In this document: positions 10,109-19,714 of the stretch, piece by piece
How the letters are laid out: the number at the start of each line of letters is the position of its first letter
Position numbering within the stretch: the stretch's first letter is position 1
Virus genome (UHGV): UHGV-0385297
Source: a virus
Length of the DNA: 64,000 bases
Strand: one strand, 5' to 3'
The notes under the pieces: model-generated
Seen by the model: the letters and a program-made list of their open reading frames with translations, nothing else
Told to the model about the DNA's origin: nothing
Database searches by the model: none
Position numbers and translations under genes: made by a program

Positions 10109-10858
10109 ATGGTAAAAACAAAGGAAGATTTAACAGGGAAAAAGTTTGGTAGGTTAACAGTTGTAAATCAGGCATACGATTTTATTAGTGGTGGAAGAAA
10201 AATTGCTGCATGGAATGTATTTTGTTCTTGCAATCCAAATAAAATTTTTCGAGTAAGACAAAAGGACTTAAAATCAGGACACACAAAAAGTTGTGGTTGT
10301 ATTGTTTCTGAAAATGCAAAAACAGTTGGGAAAATAAATGACGGGAAAAATGCAAAGAAATATAATTCATATAACCTAAACGGTGAATATGGTGTTGGAT
10401 ACACACTGAATGGAGAAGAGTTTTATTTTGATAAAGAAGATTATGAAAAAATTAAAAGTTATTGTTGGAGAATTGATACTCGTGGATATGTTACGACAAA
10501 TATTGATAAAGTCCCTGTTTTTATGCATAGATTAATTTTAAATATTACAGACAAAAATATTATTGTAGATCATATTTATCATAATAAAAATGACAATAGA
10601 AAATCAAAATTAAGATTATGTACGAACAAAGAAAATTGCAGAAATGCAAAAATTGGTATAAATAATACATCTGGTGTTGTTGGTGTTTTTTATAACAAAA
10701 ATAAAAATAAATGGGAAGCAACAATAAAGGTTGATGGAAAATCAAAATATTTGGGGAGATATGACAAAATTGAAGATGCAATAAATTGTAGATTAGAGGC
10801 ACAAAATAAATATTTTGGTGATTTTTCGAATAAAAAGAATGGAGAACAACGTGTATAG
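10109..10858 (+). CDS. HNH homing endonuclease with C-terminal AP2-like DNA-binding domain
   Basis: HNH motif VDHIYHNKNDNRKSKLRLCTNKENCRNA; AP2-like SGVVGVFYNKNKNKWEATIKVDGKSKYLGRYDKIEDA; paralog at 62342. Confidence 0.8.
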   Translation: MVKTKEDLTGKKFGRLTVVNQAYDFISGGRKIAAWNVFCSCNPNKIFRVRQKDLKSGHTKSCGCIVSENAKTVGKINDGKNAKKYNSYNLNGEYGVGYTLNGEEFYFDKEDYEKIKSYCWRIDTRGYVTTNIDKVPVFMHRLILNITDKNIIVDHIYHNKNDNRKSKLRLCTNKENCRNAKIGINNTSGVVGVFYNKNKNKWEATIKVDGKSKYLGRYDKIEDAINCRLEAQNKYFGDFSNKKNGEQRV

Positions 10859-10999
10859 GTTGAATGTGAAGTTGATGATTTTAGTACATATAATCGCCCA
10901 GAATCTCAGGGTGGAACATGGATCTTAGCACAAAGAATTAAAATTATAAAAGAGTTAAATGATGATGATGTTATGGAGATTCTGCAGAATGTAGCTTAG
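10859..10999 (+). pseudogene. start-less duplicated 3' fragment of gene 9747-10106
   Basis: in-frame directly after the HNH stop: ECEVDDFSTYNRPESQGGTWILAQRIKIIKELNDDDVMEIL versus upstream CEVEIEDYQFYERPKCQGGTWALAQKMKIVKILSENKVKEIL. Confidence 0.65.
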
Positions 11000-11012
11000 G
11001 AGGAAAAGAAAA

Positions 11013-11483
11013 ATGAAAAGATATTTATTATGTGCTTTAGATGATGAGAATTACACAGAACCTAAATTTTATATTTATGAATCACGAGAAGAAGCATTTA
11101 AGGATGCAGTAGAAGATTGTATCAATGCAGCAGATGGTGGAGATTTTCAGATGAAAGTTGAAAATAATCAGAATCGTATTTCTGTTAATTTTGATCATGA
11201 TAACTTCTTTGTTACAGAAATTAAAGAGCTGGATTTGGATGACGGAAATTATGCGATTATTCGGCACCATGCTTATGAGGGTGTTGGGTTTGAAGTATTA
11301 TTTCAGGGAACATACGATGAGTGTGTAGAGAAACGAAAAGAATTTATCAAAAAGGCATTTGAAGAAAATGATTATTCTGGTGGAGATAATAGTGATTTCG
11401 ATATGGAAAATGATGCTTGCATTGATACTGGTATTGAGTGGGAAATTTACTCAATTGTGAAGTTGCCGGAAAGTGAGGGATGA
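11013..11483 (+). CDS. hypothetical acidic protein
   Basis: 156-aa ORF after AGGAGG RBS. Confidence 0.5.
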   Translation: MKRYLLCALDDENYTEPKFYIYESREEAFKDAVEDCINAADGGDFQMKVENNQNRISVNFDHDNFFVTEIKELDLDDGNYAIIRHHAYEGVGFEVLFQGTYDECVEKRKEFIKKAFEENDYSGGDNSDFDMENDACIDTGIEWEIYSIVKLPESEG

Positions 11484-11689
11484 ATATGACGACAATAAAG
11501 ATTTATTGCAATAAGCGAAATCATAATAAGTATATTGAGGTTCGGAATGATGGTCACTATCACAATTCTGTGCGGCAATACATGGAATGGAAAGATGAAA
11601 ATGTGAAAAATCTACTTGGTGATAGGCGGTTGCACCGATGGAAAATAAAAAATTTAAAGGCTCTATTAGAGGATTATGAGGAGGTATAA
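11480..11689 (+). CDS. hypothetical protein
   Basis: 69-aa ORF; ATGA overlap with upstream gene. Confidence 0.45.
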   Translation: MNMTTIKIYCNKRNHNKYIEVRNDGHYHNSVRQYMEWKDENVKNLLGDRRLHRWKIKNLKALLEDYEEV

Positions 11690-12056
11690 ACAAGATATGG
11701 AAAATAAACAAGAAATGGAACTTTATATTAAACAGTTGGAAGAAGAAAATTTACGGTTAAAGACAAGTAATAAATCTCTCAGAACAAACAATAAGGGGTT
11801 ATTAAATGGCCACAACAAGCTGCAGCGTGATTTATACAGAGTAAGAAATGAACGGAATGAATTACGAAATAAACAGTTTACTGATGAGGAGCTACGAATT
11901 CTTTTTATGGCAATAAAGAAATTACTTAAAGGTATAAGTATGGAGTTAAATGTTACTTATGACAAGGTGAATTATAATTCACTAGAAATGTTATTAGCAC
12001 AGTCTTGGGCGGTAAGGCAGAAAGTTTATAAAATGCTGAAAGAAGAGGTGGAATAG
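11676..12056 (+). CDS. hypothetical coiled-coil protein
   Basis: 126-aa ORF; leucine-heptad-like LEEENLRLKTSNKSLRTNNKGLLN. Confidence 0.45.
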   Translation: MRRYKQDMENKQEMELYIKQLEEENLRLKTSNKSLRTNNKGLLNGHNKLQRDLYRVRNERNELRNKQFTDEELRILFMAIKKLLKGISMELNVTYDKVNYNSLEMLLAQSWAVRQKVYKMLKEEVE

Positions 12057-12060
12057 AAAA

Positions 12061-12300
12061 ATGACAGGTGGATGGGGATTTGAAACAATTTTTGGAACAA
12101 TTGGAGAAGAAATCGAAGATAAAACTTTTGTCGTTATTCCAAAAGAAGATTCATTAGATGTGTTACGGAAAATACAAAGCGATCTTGCCATGACTCAAAT
12201 CTTAGAAGGCTCTGAAAATATAGGAGATGTTCTATATAGATGCGAACTCATGGAAGAGGTAAATAAAGGCTTGAAAAAACTGGAAGAAATGATGAAATAG
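12061..12300 (+). CDS. hypothetical protein
   Basis: 79-aa ORF. Confidence 0.45.
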   Translation: MTGGWGFETIFGTIGEEIEDKTFVVIPKEDSLDVLRKIQSDLAMTQILEGSENIGDVLYRCELMEEVNKGLKKLEEMMK

Positions 12301-12312
12301 TCAATTTTATAA

Positions 12313-12510
12313 ATGGAGGAATATTTTATGAAAATGAATAGTTTAGAATTAGCAAAGAGAATTATTGATTGTATTTCAGATGGTTATGATGATGAAGAAT
12401 ACAGAGGAGAGGCAACAGAACAATTAGAAACAGAATTAGATGTAACACCTTCTTATATTGTAGATGTAATTAAAAAACTCTGTGAACGTATCGAAGAGTT
12501 AGAAGCGTAA
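12313..12510 (+). CDS. hypothetical protein
   Basis: 65-aa ORF after GGAGGAAT RBS. Confidence 0.45.
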   Translation: MEEYFMKMNSLELAKRIIDCISDGYDDEEYRGEATEQLETELDVTPSYIVDVIKKLCERIEELEA

Positions 12511-12535
12511 TCGGAATAAATTAGAAGCTACGGAA

Positions 12536-12850
12536 ATGGAGGGACAAAACATGGATAAACGGATTCCAGAATATACGATTATAACACGGAACAAAGTGTT
12601 AGAAAACGACATAGAAGATGTATTAAAAGAGCAGAATGAGAAGAGGGAGATTCTTGAATTAAATGAAGATGGCTACATTTGTCACTTCTTCAATGCTGGC
12701 CCAGAATACAAAATAGTTTCAAGTATTGATGAAGCAACTGAATATTTGAATATAAAAGACGGTGCAGATCTAGTTCAGTTTTGTAATGGAAATTATGGAT
12801 TTGTAGCTTATTGCAACGGAAAAGAAGATGCTTTTGAGGTTATAGGATGA
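12536..12850 (+). CDS. hypothetical protein
   Basis: 104-aa ORF after GGAGGG RBS. Confidence 0.5.
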   Translation: MEGQNMDKRIPEYTIITRNKVLENDIEDVLKEQNEKREILELNEDGYICHFFNAGPEYKIVSSIDEATEYLNIKDGADLVQFCNGNYGFVAYCNGKEDAFEVIG

Positions 12851-12888
12851 AACAAGAGTTTCATTAGATTAAAAGGAGAGTATAAACT

Positions 12889-13086
12889 ATGGCATATATA
12901 TTAGGAAGATTGATTTCATGGAATATAAAATTTGAAAAAGTTGATAGCAAATGCGTAAGAGTATATGGAAACTTTGATGGTTTTTCTGTAGTAAGAGAAT
13001 CGGAACAGGAAAACTATATTGAAGTGGATGGAAGGCTTATTGACTATGAGGATTTTGAAGATTGGCTATATGTTATTAACCAATGA
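12889..13086 (+). CDS. hypothetical protein
   Basis: 65-aa ORF after AAGGAGAG RBS. Confidence 0.45.
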   Translation: MAYILGRLISWNIKFEKVDSKCVRVYGNFDGFSVVRESEQENYIEVDGRLIDYEDFEDWLYVINQ

Positions 13087-13123
13087 AATGAGGATTTACT
13101 GTGAAGAATGGAGGTAGATTTAT

Positions 13124-13411
13124 ATGAAGAAAATTACAGAAGAGTTAATTACAGAAGCTATGGAAAATGGATTTACAAGAGAAGATGCAGAAAGAGGATA
13201 TGGCGTTTTTACATCTGATTATGGAAATGGTGCAGAACATATACAGAGGCTTGATTGCATGATGATATTCGATAGTGATAATGAAGCTGCTGAACAGGCT
13301 GAAAAAGACGGAATTAAAATTATACATGATATGGAATTTGATGATGAAAATTCAGCAGCTTATATTGATACACCTGAAAATAGAGAATTGCTGAAAGATT
13401 TAGCATTGTAG
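13124..13411 (+). CDS. hypothetical acidic protein
   Basis: 95-aa ORF after GGAGG RBS. Confidence 0.5.
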   Translation: MKKITEELITEAMENGFTREDAERGYGVFTSDYGNGAEHIQRLDCMMIFDSDNEAAEQAEKDGIKIIHDMEFDDENSAAYIDTPENRELLKDLAL

Positions 13412-13422
13412 GAGGAATTGTT

Positions 13423-13647
13423 ATGAACAGATATATTGTTGAAATTAAAAGAGAAGATGATGAAGAACCTTGGTTATTTTTAGTATTTTCAGAAGAAACA
13501 AGGGAATATGTAAAAGAAGTAATCATTGAAGCACAAAAGGAATTTCATTTCTCAGATACTTGCGAATTAATGGATTATGTTTGTGATACTTATGATTTTA
13601 GATGGGAAGATTTTGCATATGACATTAGTTTGGATATGGAAATTTAA
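13423..13647 (+). CDS. hypothetical protein
   Basis: 74-aa ORF after GGAGGAAT RBS. Confidence 0.45.
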   Translation: MNRYIVEIKREDDEEPWLFLVFSEETREYVKEVIIEAQKEFHFSDTCELMDYVCDTYDFRWEDFAYDISLDMEI

Positions 13648-13690
13648 CTAATGAAACGATGATTTAGTTGGCTTAGAAAGAGAGGAAAAT

Positions 13691-13960
13691 ATGAGAACAT
13701 TAAATTTAAGAATAAATTTCTTTTGGGATGACGGAGATGATATGGAGACATTTGAATTAACGGTGCCAAGCAACGTAAGTAATGCGGAAATACTGGACAC
13801 ACTAAAAAAAGAACATGAATATCTCTGCGAAGAAGACGAGGAAGACGTTTATGGGAAAACTGGAAGGACACCAGAAACATTACTAAATTATATATGTAAT
13901 AAATATTATGGGTGGTCATGGCGTGATTTTCAATATGATATTGATGTTAATTTCAACTAA
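13691..13960 (+). CDS. hypothetical protein
   Basis: 89-aa ORF after GAGAGGAAA RBS. Confidence 0.45.
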   Translation: MRTLNLRINFFWDDGDDMETFELTVPSNVSNAEILDTLKKEHEYLCEEDEEDVYGKTGRTPETLLNYICNKYYGWSWRDFQYDIDVNFN

Positions 13961-13991
13961 ATAAAACGTAGATATCAGAAACGGAGGAAAT

Positions 13992-14192
13992 ATGATGAAG
14001 CGTGATTTAGTAGATGAATTATATAAAACAGCATATAAACGATATAGAGACAAATATCCAAATAAAGATTTTGCATCTATTCCAAATTTTTTAGATTCAC
14101 TTTGGTTTAGTATTGAAGGCGAACTTAATAGAAATGGATATAATGCTGCAAGAAAATATGTCGAAGAAGCAGACTTAATTGTATTAAAGTAA
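13992..14192 (+). CDS. hypothetical protein
   Basis: 66-aa ORF after GGAGGAAAT RBS. Confidence 0.45.
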   Translation: MMKRDLVDELYKTAYKRYRDKYPNKDFASIPNFLDSLWFSIEGELNRNGYNAARKYVEEADLIVLK

Positions 14193-14212
14193 ATAAAACG
14201 GTAATTTCTTAA

Positions 14213-14434
14213 TTGGAGGAAAATATTATGGATGATATGCAATTTGCGAAATATAGTTGTGAAATCAGAGAAGTATTAGAAAATGTATCAGAAGAAAATC
14301 TGGAAATACTTGTTAGAAATGTAGTTGCTTATGCAATTTCAAACAATCGTAGCAAGACAAACTGGACTGCACAAGAACTATTTGTAGATGTTATTCCAGA
14401 TGAATTGATAGCGGAAATATTTAATGAAGAATAG
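14213..14434 (+). CDS. hypothetical protein
   Basis: 73-aa ORF after GGAGGAAAAT RBS. Confidence 0.45.
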   Translation: MEENIMDDMQFAKYSCEIREVLENVSEENLEILVRNVVAYAISNNRSKTNWTAQELFVDVIPDELIAEIFNEE

Positions 14435-14455
14435 TAGAAAGTGAGGTAGATGTAA

Positions 14456-14905
14456 ATGAAGAAATACACGTGGGATGAAATTTATAAGAGAGCAGATGAA
14501 TGTTGTTTTGGAGAGGATAATTTAAAGGCAAAGGATAATGCGAGAGAAAATGTGCGTTGCCTTGCACTTGAATACGGAGAAGAAGATTTGGAAAAAGCAG
14601 AGTGTCCAGAAGATGAAGTGGATTACTATTGTGATAAATACAATATTTTGTTTGATGAAAATGGTCACATAGTTGATGGATATATTGATTATGCCAAACT
14701 TGCGATTGCTATAATCAATGAGTTTGAAAGTGATAGAGAGGAATCAGGAAGAAGAGAAATCGAAAAAGGAATGAGACTTCTGCTTAGTAAGTATGTTTCT
14801 AAAAATGAAAGAAAAATTATTGATGATGTTTTTATGACTCTTACTGGTTGGAACTTGAAATCATTGTTAGAAAAATCAATAGAAATTGATGATATGGAAG
14901 TGTGA
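14456..14905 (+). CDS. hypothetical acidic protein
   Basis: 149-aa ORF after GAGGTAG RBS. Confidence 0.5.
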   Translation: MKKYTWDEIYKRADECCFGEDNLKAKDNARENVRCLALEYGEEDLEKAECPEDEVDYYCDKYNILFDENGHIVDGYIDYAKLAIAIINEFESDREESGRREIEKGMRLLLSKYVSKNERKIIDDVFMTLTGWNLKSLLEKSIEIDDMEV

Positions 14906-14961
14906 TGTAGAAATTATGTAGATGAAACAGCAATTTAATAATTTGAAAGGAGATTATACTT

Positions 14962-15267
14962 ATGAAAAAAATTATTAATGGAAAAATGTACAATACGGAA
15001 ACAGCAGAGAAATTAACCAGTTGGGAACACAGTTACAGATCACAGGTTGATTGGTATGAAGAAATGCTCTACAAGAAGAAAACAGGAGAATACTTCTTAT
15101 ATGGAAATGGTAATGCCGGAAGTAAGTATGCAAGAGAGACAAGTCAGAACTGTTATTCTCCTGATGAGACAATTATTCCTATTACCGAAAGCACGGCAAG
15201 ACGTTTAGTGGAAAGAAATGCAAGCGTAGAAGAATACATCAGAATTTTTGGTGAACCAGAAGAATAA
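14962..15267 (+). CDS. hypothetical protein
   Basis: 101-aa ORF after AAGGAG RBS. Confidence 0.5.
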   Translation: MKKIINGKMYNTETAEKLTSWEHSYRSQVDWYEEMLYKKKTGEYFLYGNGNAGSKYARETSQNCYSPDETIIPITESTARRLVERNASVEEYIRIFGEPEE

Positions 15268-15283
15268 GAGAGGAGAAATGATT

Positions 15284-15565
15284 ATGTTAGGAAAATATTT
15301 GGATATTAGTACATCCCATTTAAAAGAAGAGACACTGAATAGTTTAAGCGAAAATAAAATGCCTTATAGTTATGATTATAAAGAGGGCATATTCATTAGC
15401 GTACCTGATAAAGACATTATAGGGAAAGAAATTCGTAATCTGCCATCAGATTTAGTTGTATTGTTAGAATATGCTTGGGAAAATGATGTGCTTTTAATCC
15501 GGTTGGATACGGATGGAGAGATTGTTGATGATCTTCCTGTATACGAATGGGATGAGGTAAAATGA
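15284..15565 (+). CDS. hypothetical protein
   Basis: MLGKYLD...; ATG placed at RBS GAGGAG with 8-nt spacing. Confidence 0.45.
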   Translation: MLGKYLDISTSHLKEETLNSLSENKMPYSYDYKEGIFISVPDKDIIGKEIRNLPSDLVVLLEYAWENDVLLIRLDTDGEIVDDLPVYEWDEVK

Positions 15566-15602
15566 AACGGAAAATTCAATAGAAGAAAGAGAGGATATTT
15601 AT

Positions 15603-15800
15603 ATGAATAAAGTATATTTAATTTGGTTGTCAAATGATGATATTGAACCTATGGTTGTCGGTATTGCAACAAACAAAGAGAAAGCTAATGCAATGAGAGA
15701 CAAATTAGCATCTACGGATGGATTTGAATTTAATGATTATGAAATCGTTGAAATGAAATCTGACACTGTAATAATTGATAATATAGAATATAAATTTTAA
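15603..15800 (+). CDS. hypothetical protein
   Basis: 65-aa ORF after GAGAGG RBS. Confidence 0.45.
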   Translation: MNKVYLIWLSNDDIEPMVVGIATNKEKANAMRDKLASTDGFEFNDYEIVEMKSDTVIIDNIEYKF

Positions 15801-15831
15801 GATGAAAAGCACATTTCTTGGAGGTGAAATT

Positions 15832-15999
15832 ATGAATGAGTTATATATAAGTGACAGCAGTATTTGTTTCAAAACGAATGAAAATACATATGATAAGGCA
15901 ATGGATAAATTTCTTAAAGCATGTGTTGATGCAGAAATTGATATTGTAATCGAAAATGCTTTTTTGAGAAATGAAAATGGAGATGAAATAGATGAATAA
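15832..15999 (+). CDS. hypothetical small protein
   Basis: MNELYISD... after GGAGGTG RBS. Confidence 0.4.
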   Translation: MNELYISDSSICFKTNENTYDKAMDKFLKACVDAEIDIVIENAFLRNENGDEIDE

Positions 16000-16189
16000 T
16001 ATACATGATAAGGTATTTATTTGTCCAAAGTGTAGCAATAAAACGTTATATCCTGTAAATGGAAACAAAGATATAATCGGTATTGGTTATCATGAGGTTT
16101 GTATTTGTGATGAATGTGCTGCTGAACTGTTAGCAGAACCGCAATTTGATTATTCAGTAAAATTTGTTGATATTCCAGAGGAGGAATAG
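15992..16189 (+). CDS. small zinc-ribbon protein
   Basis: CPKCSN...CICDEC Cys4 motif. Confidence 0.45.
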   Translation: MNNIHDKVFICPKCSNKTLYPVNGNKDIIGIGYHEVCICDECAAELLAEPQFDYSVKFVDIPEEE

Positions 16190-16305
16190 AATGAAAAACA
16201 AAAAATGGACTTATGATTTTGTACCAGTTGGGATAAAGTGTATCAATTTAAAAATGAAAAATTGATATGGATTACTAAATTTTAATGAAAACCGTGTTTC
16301 AAAGG

Positions 16306-16338
16306 CAGATGAGAATAATCATCTGTCTTTTCTTTTTT
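16306..16338 (+). terminator. rho-independent terminator
   Basis: perfect 7-bp stem CAGATGA/TCATCTG with 6-nt loop, followed by TCTTTTCTTTTTT. Confidence 0.7.
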
Positions 16339-16366
16339 GGAGAATATATTATCAGGAGGTATGGAA

Positions 16367-17389
16367 ATGGAAAATAAAACATTAAAAATCTTGGAATTAT
16401 TTGGAGGAATTGGAGCGCCACGGAAGGCACTAGAAAATTTAGGATTTGATATAAAGAGTATTGATTACGTTGAAATTCTTCCATTCGCAGTACAAGCCAA
16501 TAATTCAATTTTTGATATTGCTTACAAACCACAAAGCGTTGTTGGATGGAATTTAAATCCTGATATTCTTATACATGGAAGTCCATGCCAGGACTTCAGT
16601 AAAAATGGTAGAAATAATATTAATACAGGACGGTCAATCTTATTTGAAGAGACATTAGCAATTATTGATCACAAGCTTCCAAAAAGACCAACGGTAGTTA
16701 TTTGGGAGAACGTTCCGAATCTTCTTTCTGAAGGCAAAAAGGTTAATCATCGTGTTCATCACTATCACTATCTGAGTGAAATGGAAAGAATGGGATACAA
16801 AAATTATTATAAAATTTTAAATGCAGCTGATTATAACATTCCACAGGCAAGAGAAAGATTATATACGATTAGTATTCTGAAAGATCAATTAAAAGATAAA
16901 GAGTTTGAATTTCCAGAAGCGGTTGAGTTAAAGAAAGATATTAGTTGTTACCTTGAAAAAGACGTAGATTGGGATAAATATTCACTTAGTCCTGCGGAGA
17001 ATGCAATTTTCTTTACAAGAGAAGACGGTCAATTATGCGTGAAAGAAGCAACAAAACTTGGGTATAAAGAAGTAAACGAATATGATGTAATTAATGTTGA
17101 GTTCCCAACAAGTACAACACGTAGAGGAAGGGTTGGACATGGTATATGCAAAACATTAACAACGGCTCCAAGACAGGCTATCTATTATGACGGGAAAGTA
17201 AGAATGCTAACTGCGAAAGAACATCTTCGGTTAATGGGATTTAAAGACAAAGATTATAATCATATGAAGAAAAGTGGATTAACTGATCAACAAATCAGTT
17301 ATCTTGCAGGTAATAGTATTTGTATTCCTGTGCTAATGGAATTGTATAAGGAACTTATGAAATTGAACTTATTTAGTAGAAGTGAATGA
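16367..17389 (+). CDS. DNA (cytosine-5)-methyltransferase, orphan
   Basis: motif [10 protein letters not shown], motif [10 protein letters not shown] (PCQ), motif VI ENVPNL; the listed TTG at 16337 lies inside the terminator; ATG at 16361 or 16367 after AGGAGG. Confidence 0.85.
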   Translation: MENKTLKILELFGGIGAPRKALENLGFDIKSIDYVEILPFAVQANNSIFDIAYKPQSVVGWNLNPDILIHGSPCQDFSKNGRNNINTGRSILFEETLAIIDHKLPKRPTVVIWENVPNLLSEGKKVNHRVHHYHYLSEMERMGYKNYYKILNAADYNIPQARERLYTISILKDQLKDKEFEFPEAVELKKDISCYLEKDVDWDKYSLSPAENAIFFTREDGQLCVKEATKLGYKEVNEYDVINVEFPTSTTRRGRVGHGICKTLTTAPRQAIYYDGKVRMLTAKEHLRLMGFKDKDYNHMKKSGLTDQQISYLAGNSICIPVLMELYKELMKLNLFSRSE

Positions 17390-17402
17390 TGGAGTACGGA
17401 AA

Positions 17403-17582
17403 ATGAGAACAGAAATTAAAAAGCAGACGGAAGAATGGTTGGATGAACGGTGGATGATCGCAAATATGGAAGAAGCAAGACCGCAGGATATGAGTTATTA
17501 CGCCGGTGCTGTAAAGGCATTGGAGTTTGCTGGATATGAATGGCAGAGAGATGCAGAAGGCAAACATACATTATATATATAA
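17403..17582 (+). CDS. hypothetical small protein
   Basis: MRTEIKKQ... after GGAGTACGG. Confidence 0.4.
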   Translation: MRTEIKKQTEEWLDERWMIANMEEARPQDMSYYAGAVKALEFAGYEWQRDAEGKHTLYI

Positions 17583-17596
17583 GGGAGCGTGATGAT

Positions 17597-17827
17597 ATGA
17601 ACAGGAAAGCACTTTATAGAGTAGTTTTCCATAATGAATCAAATGATGTTTATATAAGTATTGCAATGGAATATAACAAAGGAGATTTTTTGTTAGATGA
17701 TTATGGAGAGAAATTATTAAATACGGATCAGAGAATTGCAGCTTATGATGAATTATCAAAATATGTGTCAGAAGATTTTATTCACGATACAGTAATAGAT
17801 GATCTGGTAGAAACTATAACAAAGTAA
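17597..17827 (+). CDS. hypothetical protein
   Basis: MNRKALYRV... after AAGGGAG RBS. Confidence 0.45.
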   Translation: MNRKALYRVVFHNESNDVYISIAMEYNKGDFLLDDYGEKLLNTDQRIAAYDELSKYVSEDFIHDTVIDDLVETITK

Positions 17828-17857
17828 CTGATAAAAGTTAGATTTGGAGGAGAAATT

Positions 17858-18202
17858 ATGACCTTATACGAATATATTAAATCAGCTCCTGATGGAGAAG
17901 AAATTGCAGTACATGATCAGGATTATGATATGGAAAGTTATTTTTATAATGATGACGCTGATGGTGATGTGTGGCAAATGGAAATGTTAAAATTAGCGAA
18001 GCTGCTAACAGTAATTGAGTCATACGGAAATCGTGTTACGGTTAACCTTTCCGATTTGATAATAAAGAAGTTAGACGAATTGGAAGCTGCAAATTTGTTC
18101 ATTAGATGCAACACCAATGCAATTATGAACGATATGAATAATATTCTCGCAGGTTATGTAAGTGAAGAATGGCTAACAAGATTTGTAAAAGCGCTAAGTT
18201 AA
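17858..18202 (+). CDS. hypothetical acidic protein
   Basis: 114-aa ORF after GGAGGAG RBS. Confidence 0.5.
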   Translation: MTLYEYIKSAPDGEEIAVHDQDYDMESYFYNDDADGDVWQMEMLKLAKLLTVIESYGNRVTVNLSDLIIKKLDELEAANLFIRCNTNAIMNDMNNILAGYVSEEWLTRFVKALS

Positions 18203-18280
18203 TGGTTACAGAATAATGCAAAAGTGGTATAATGAAGTAAAATATATAACCTCAAAACACACAATAAGGAGGAAATAAGT

Positions 18281-18898
18281 ATGATCGGAACATTATTATT
18301 TTTAACTGCGTTAGGTGTTAGTGGATTAAGTTGTTTAAGTGACAATCATTATTGTAAGAAAACAAGTATACACAAAGAAGGAGATGATACCGTATGGTAT
18401 GATCGAAAAGGTAGAGAAATTAGAAACGGAGAACGTACTACCTATAGAGTAAGAGAAGATAAATATGGGAATCTTGGTGGACAGGTAGTGGGAGTAAATA
18501 GTGGTAGGGTTTATGAAGATAGCCTTGCTAAAAAATATGCGTTTTACAAGGCAGAAGAAGATAAAGAAGCACAATGGGCAAAAGAGAATGGAAATCTTGC
18601 CTATAATAAATACTATCCTCAGTATAACAAAGCTTATACGACAGAGATTAGTACGGGAAAAATTATTTCCTGTCTTTGGGAATATAAAACAGAATGTGAT
18701 GGGCCATCGAAATATAGAAAATTCTATTTTGATCCAGCAACAATGACAATTCCAAAAGGAACTGCTCCTGGAGATATAGGAGTAGAAATATCACTACATG
18801 AATATGTAGATTTGCATGGACCACTTATGTTCACAGGTGATTCATTTCCATATGATAGTGCGGTGAGAAGAAAACTTGGAGATTGGTTATATAGTTAA
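18281..18898 (+). CDS. putative secreted or lipoprotein
   Basis: N-terminal hydrophobic signal MIGTLLFLTALGVSGLSC then polar domain; 205 aa. Confidence 0.5.
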   Translation: MIGTLLFLTALGVSGLSCLSDNHYCKKTSIHKEGDDTVWYDRKGREIRNGERTTYRVREDKYGNLGGQVVGVNSGRVYEDSLAKKYAFYKAEEDKEAQWAKENGNLAYNKYYPQYNKAYTTEISTGKIISCLWEYKTECDGPSKYRKFYFDPATMTIPKGTAPGDIGVEISLHEYVDLHGPLMFTGDSFPYDSAVRRKLGDWLYS

Positions 18899-19058
18899 AT
18901 GAAAACGCAGATTAAAATTAAGTATAAATGGAGGTCATTATGTTCATCGAATTGATCAGTTGGGCAATTGCTTTAGGTATTGTTTATGGACCATGGATGC
19001 CATGGAATAGACGGTAAATAAAATTGAATACAGAGAATACATGTAGGAAGGTTGTAAA

Positions 19059-19340
19059 ATGCAGCCTTCCTATTTTAGTACAGAGAAAGGAATAAAAATA
19101 ATGAGTGCAGAAGAATACGTTAGGAATGTAGCCAAACGGAAAGGATGGATCAAGTATTATATGCTTCACCGTCCAGTGAGTATCGGAACACAGCCACAGA
19201 AAGGATTCATGGATTTTATCAACTATGATAACAAGACAAATGTAAATGGTATATCTGCCTGGGCGGAAGTATATTATGATCGGTTACTGGATCAAGAAGA
19301 ACTGGATAAATATGAGATGATGAAAGGAGAAGAGTTATGA
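19059..19340 (+). CDS. hypothetical protein
   Basis: 93-aa ORF. Confidence 0.45.
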   Translation: MQPSYFSTEKGIKIMSAEEYVRNVAKRKGWIKYYMLHRPVSIGTQPQKGFMDFINYDNKTNVNGISAWAEVYYDRLLDQEELDKYEMMKGEEL

Positions 19341-19714
19341 GTCATATTGTAAGAATTATTTCAGAAAGAGAACGGAGACAACAGTCAATTTATGAACATT
19401 GTTTTCATATTATTGGCGCACCATATTATGAAACGCTTGGGTTTGGATGTGATAAAGAAGGCAATTTAACTCAGACGGATGATATGGAAAGTAAACTTAG
19501 AAATTACAATGATTGTGCCGATCATCCAGAAAAATGGGAAGATATGGGTATACGAAAAAGGTCTTGTTGGTATACAGAGCCAGCACATGCAAAATGCAGC
19601 TGCGGGTATGAGGTTATCCTTCAGGGAGATACATATTGTGATGGATGCGGACAGTTGTACAATCAGTTTGGACAGGTGCTAAAAGATCCAAGTGAGTGGG
19701 AAGAAGATTGGTAG
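19337..19714 (+). CDS. hypothetical Cys-rich protein
   Basis: 125-aa ORF with several CxxC pairs (CSCGYE..CDGCGQ). Confidence 0.5.
   Translation: MSHIVRIISERERRQQSIYEHCFHIIGAPYYETLGFGCDKEGNLTQTDDMESKLRNYNDCADHPEKWEDMGIRKRSCWYTEPAHAKCSCGYEVILQGDTYCDGCGQLYNQFGQVLKDPSEWEEDW

Noticed and set aside
16299-16532. Minus-strand ORF 16299-16532 and the TTG start at 16337 for the methyltransferase
   Set aside because: Both overlap the rho-independent terminator hairpin/T-tract (16306-16338). The MTase motif I lies just after ATGs at 16361/16367, which follow an AGGAGG RBS.
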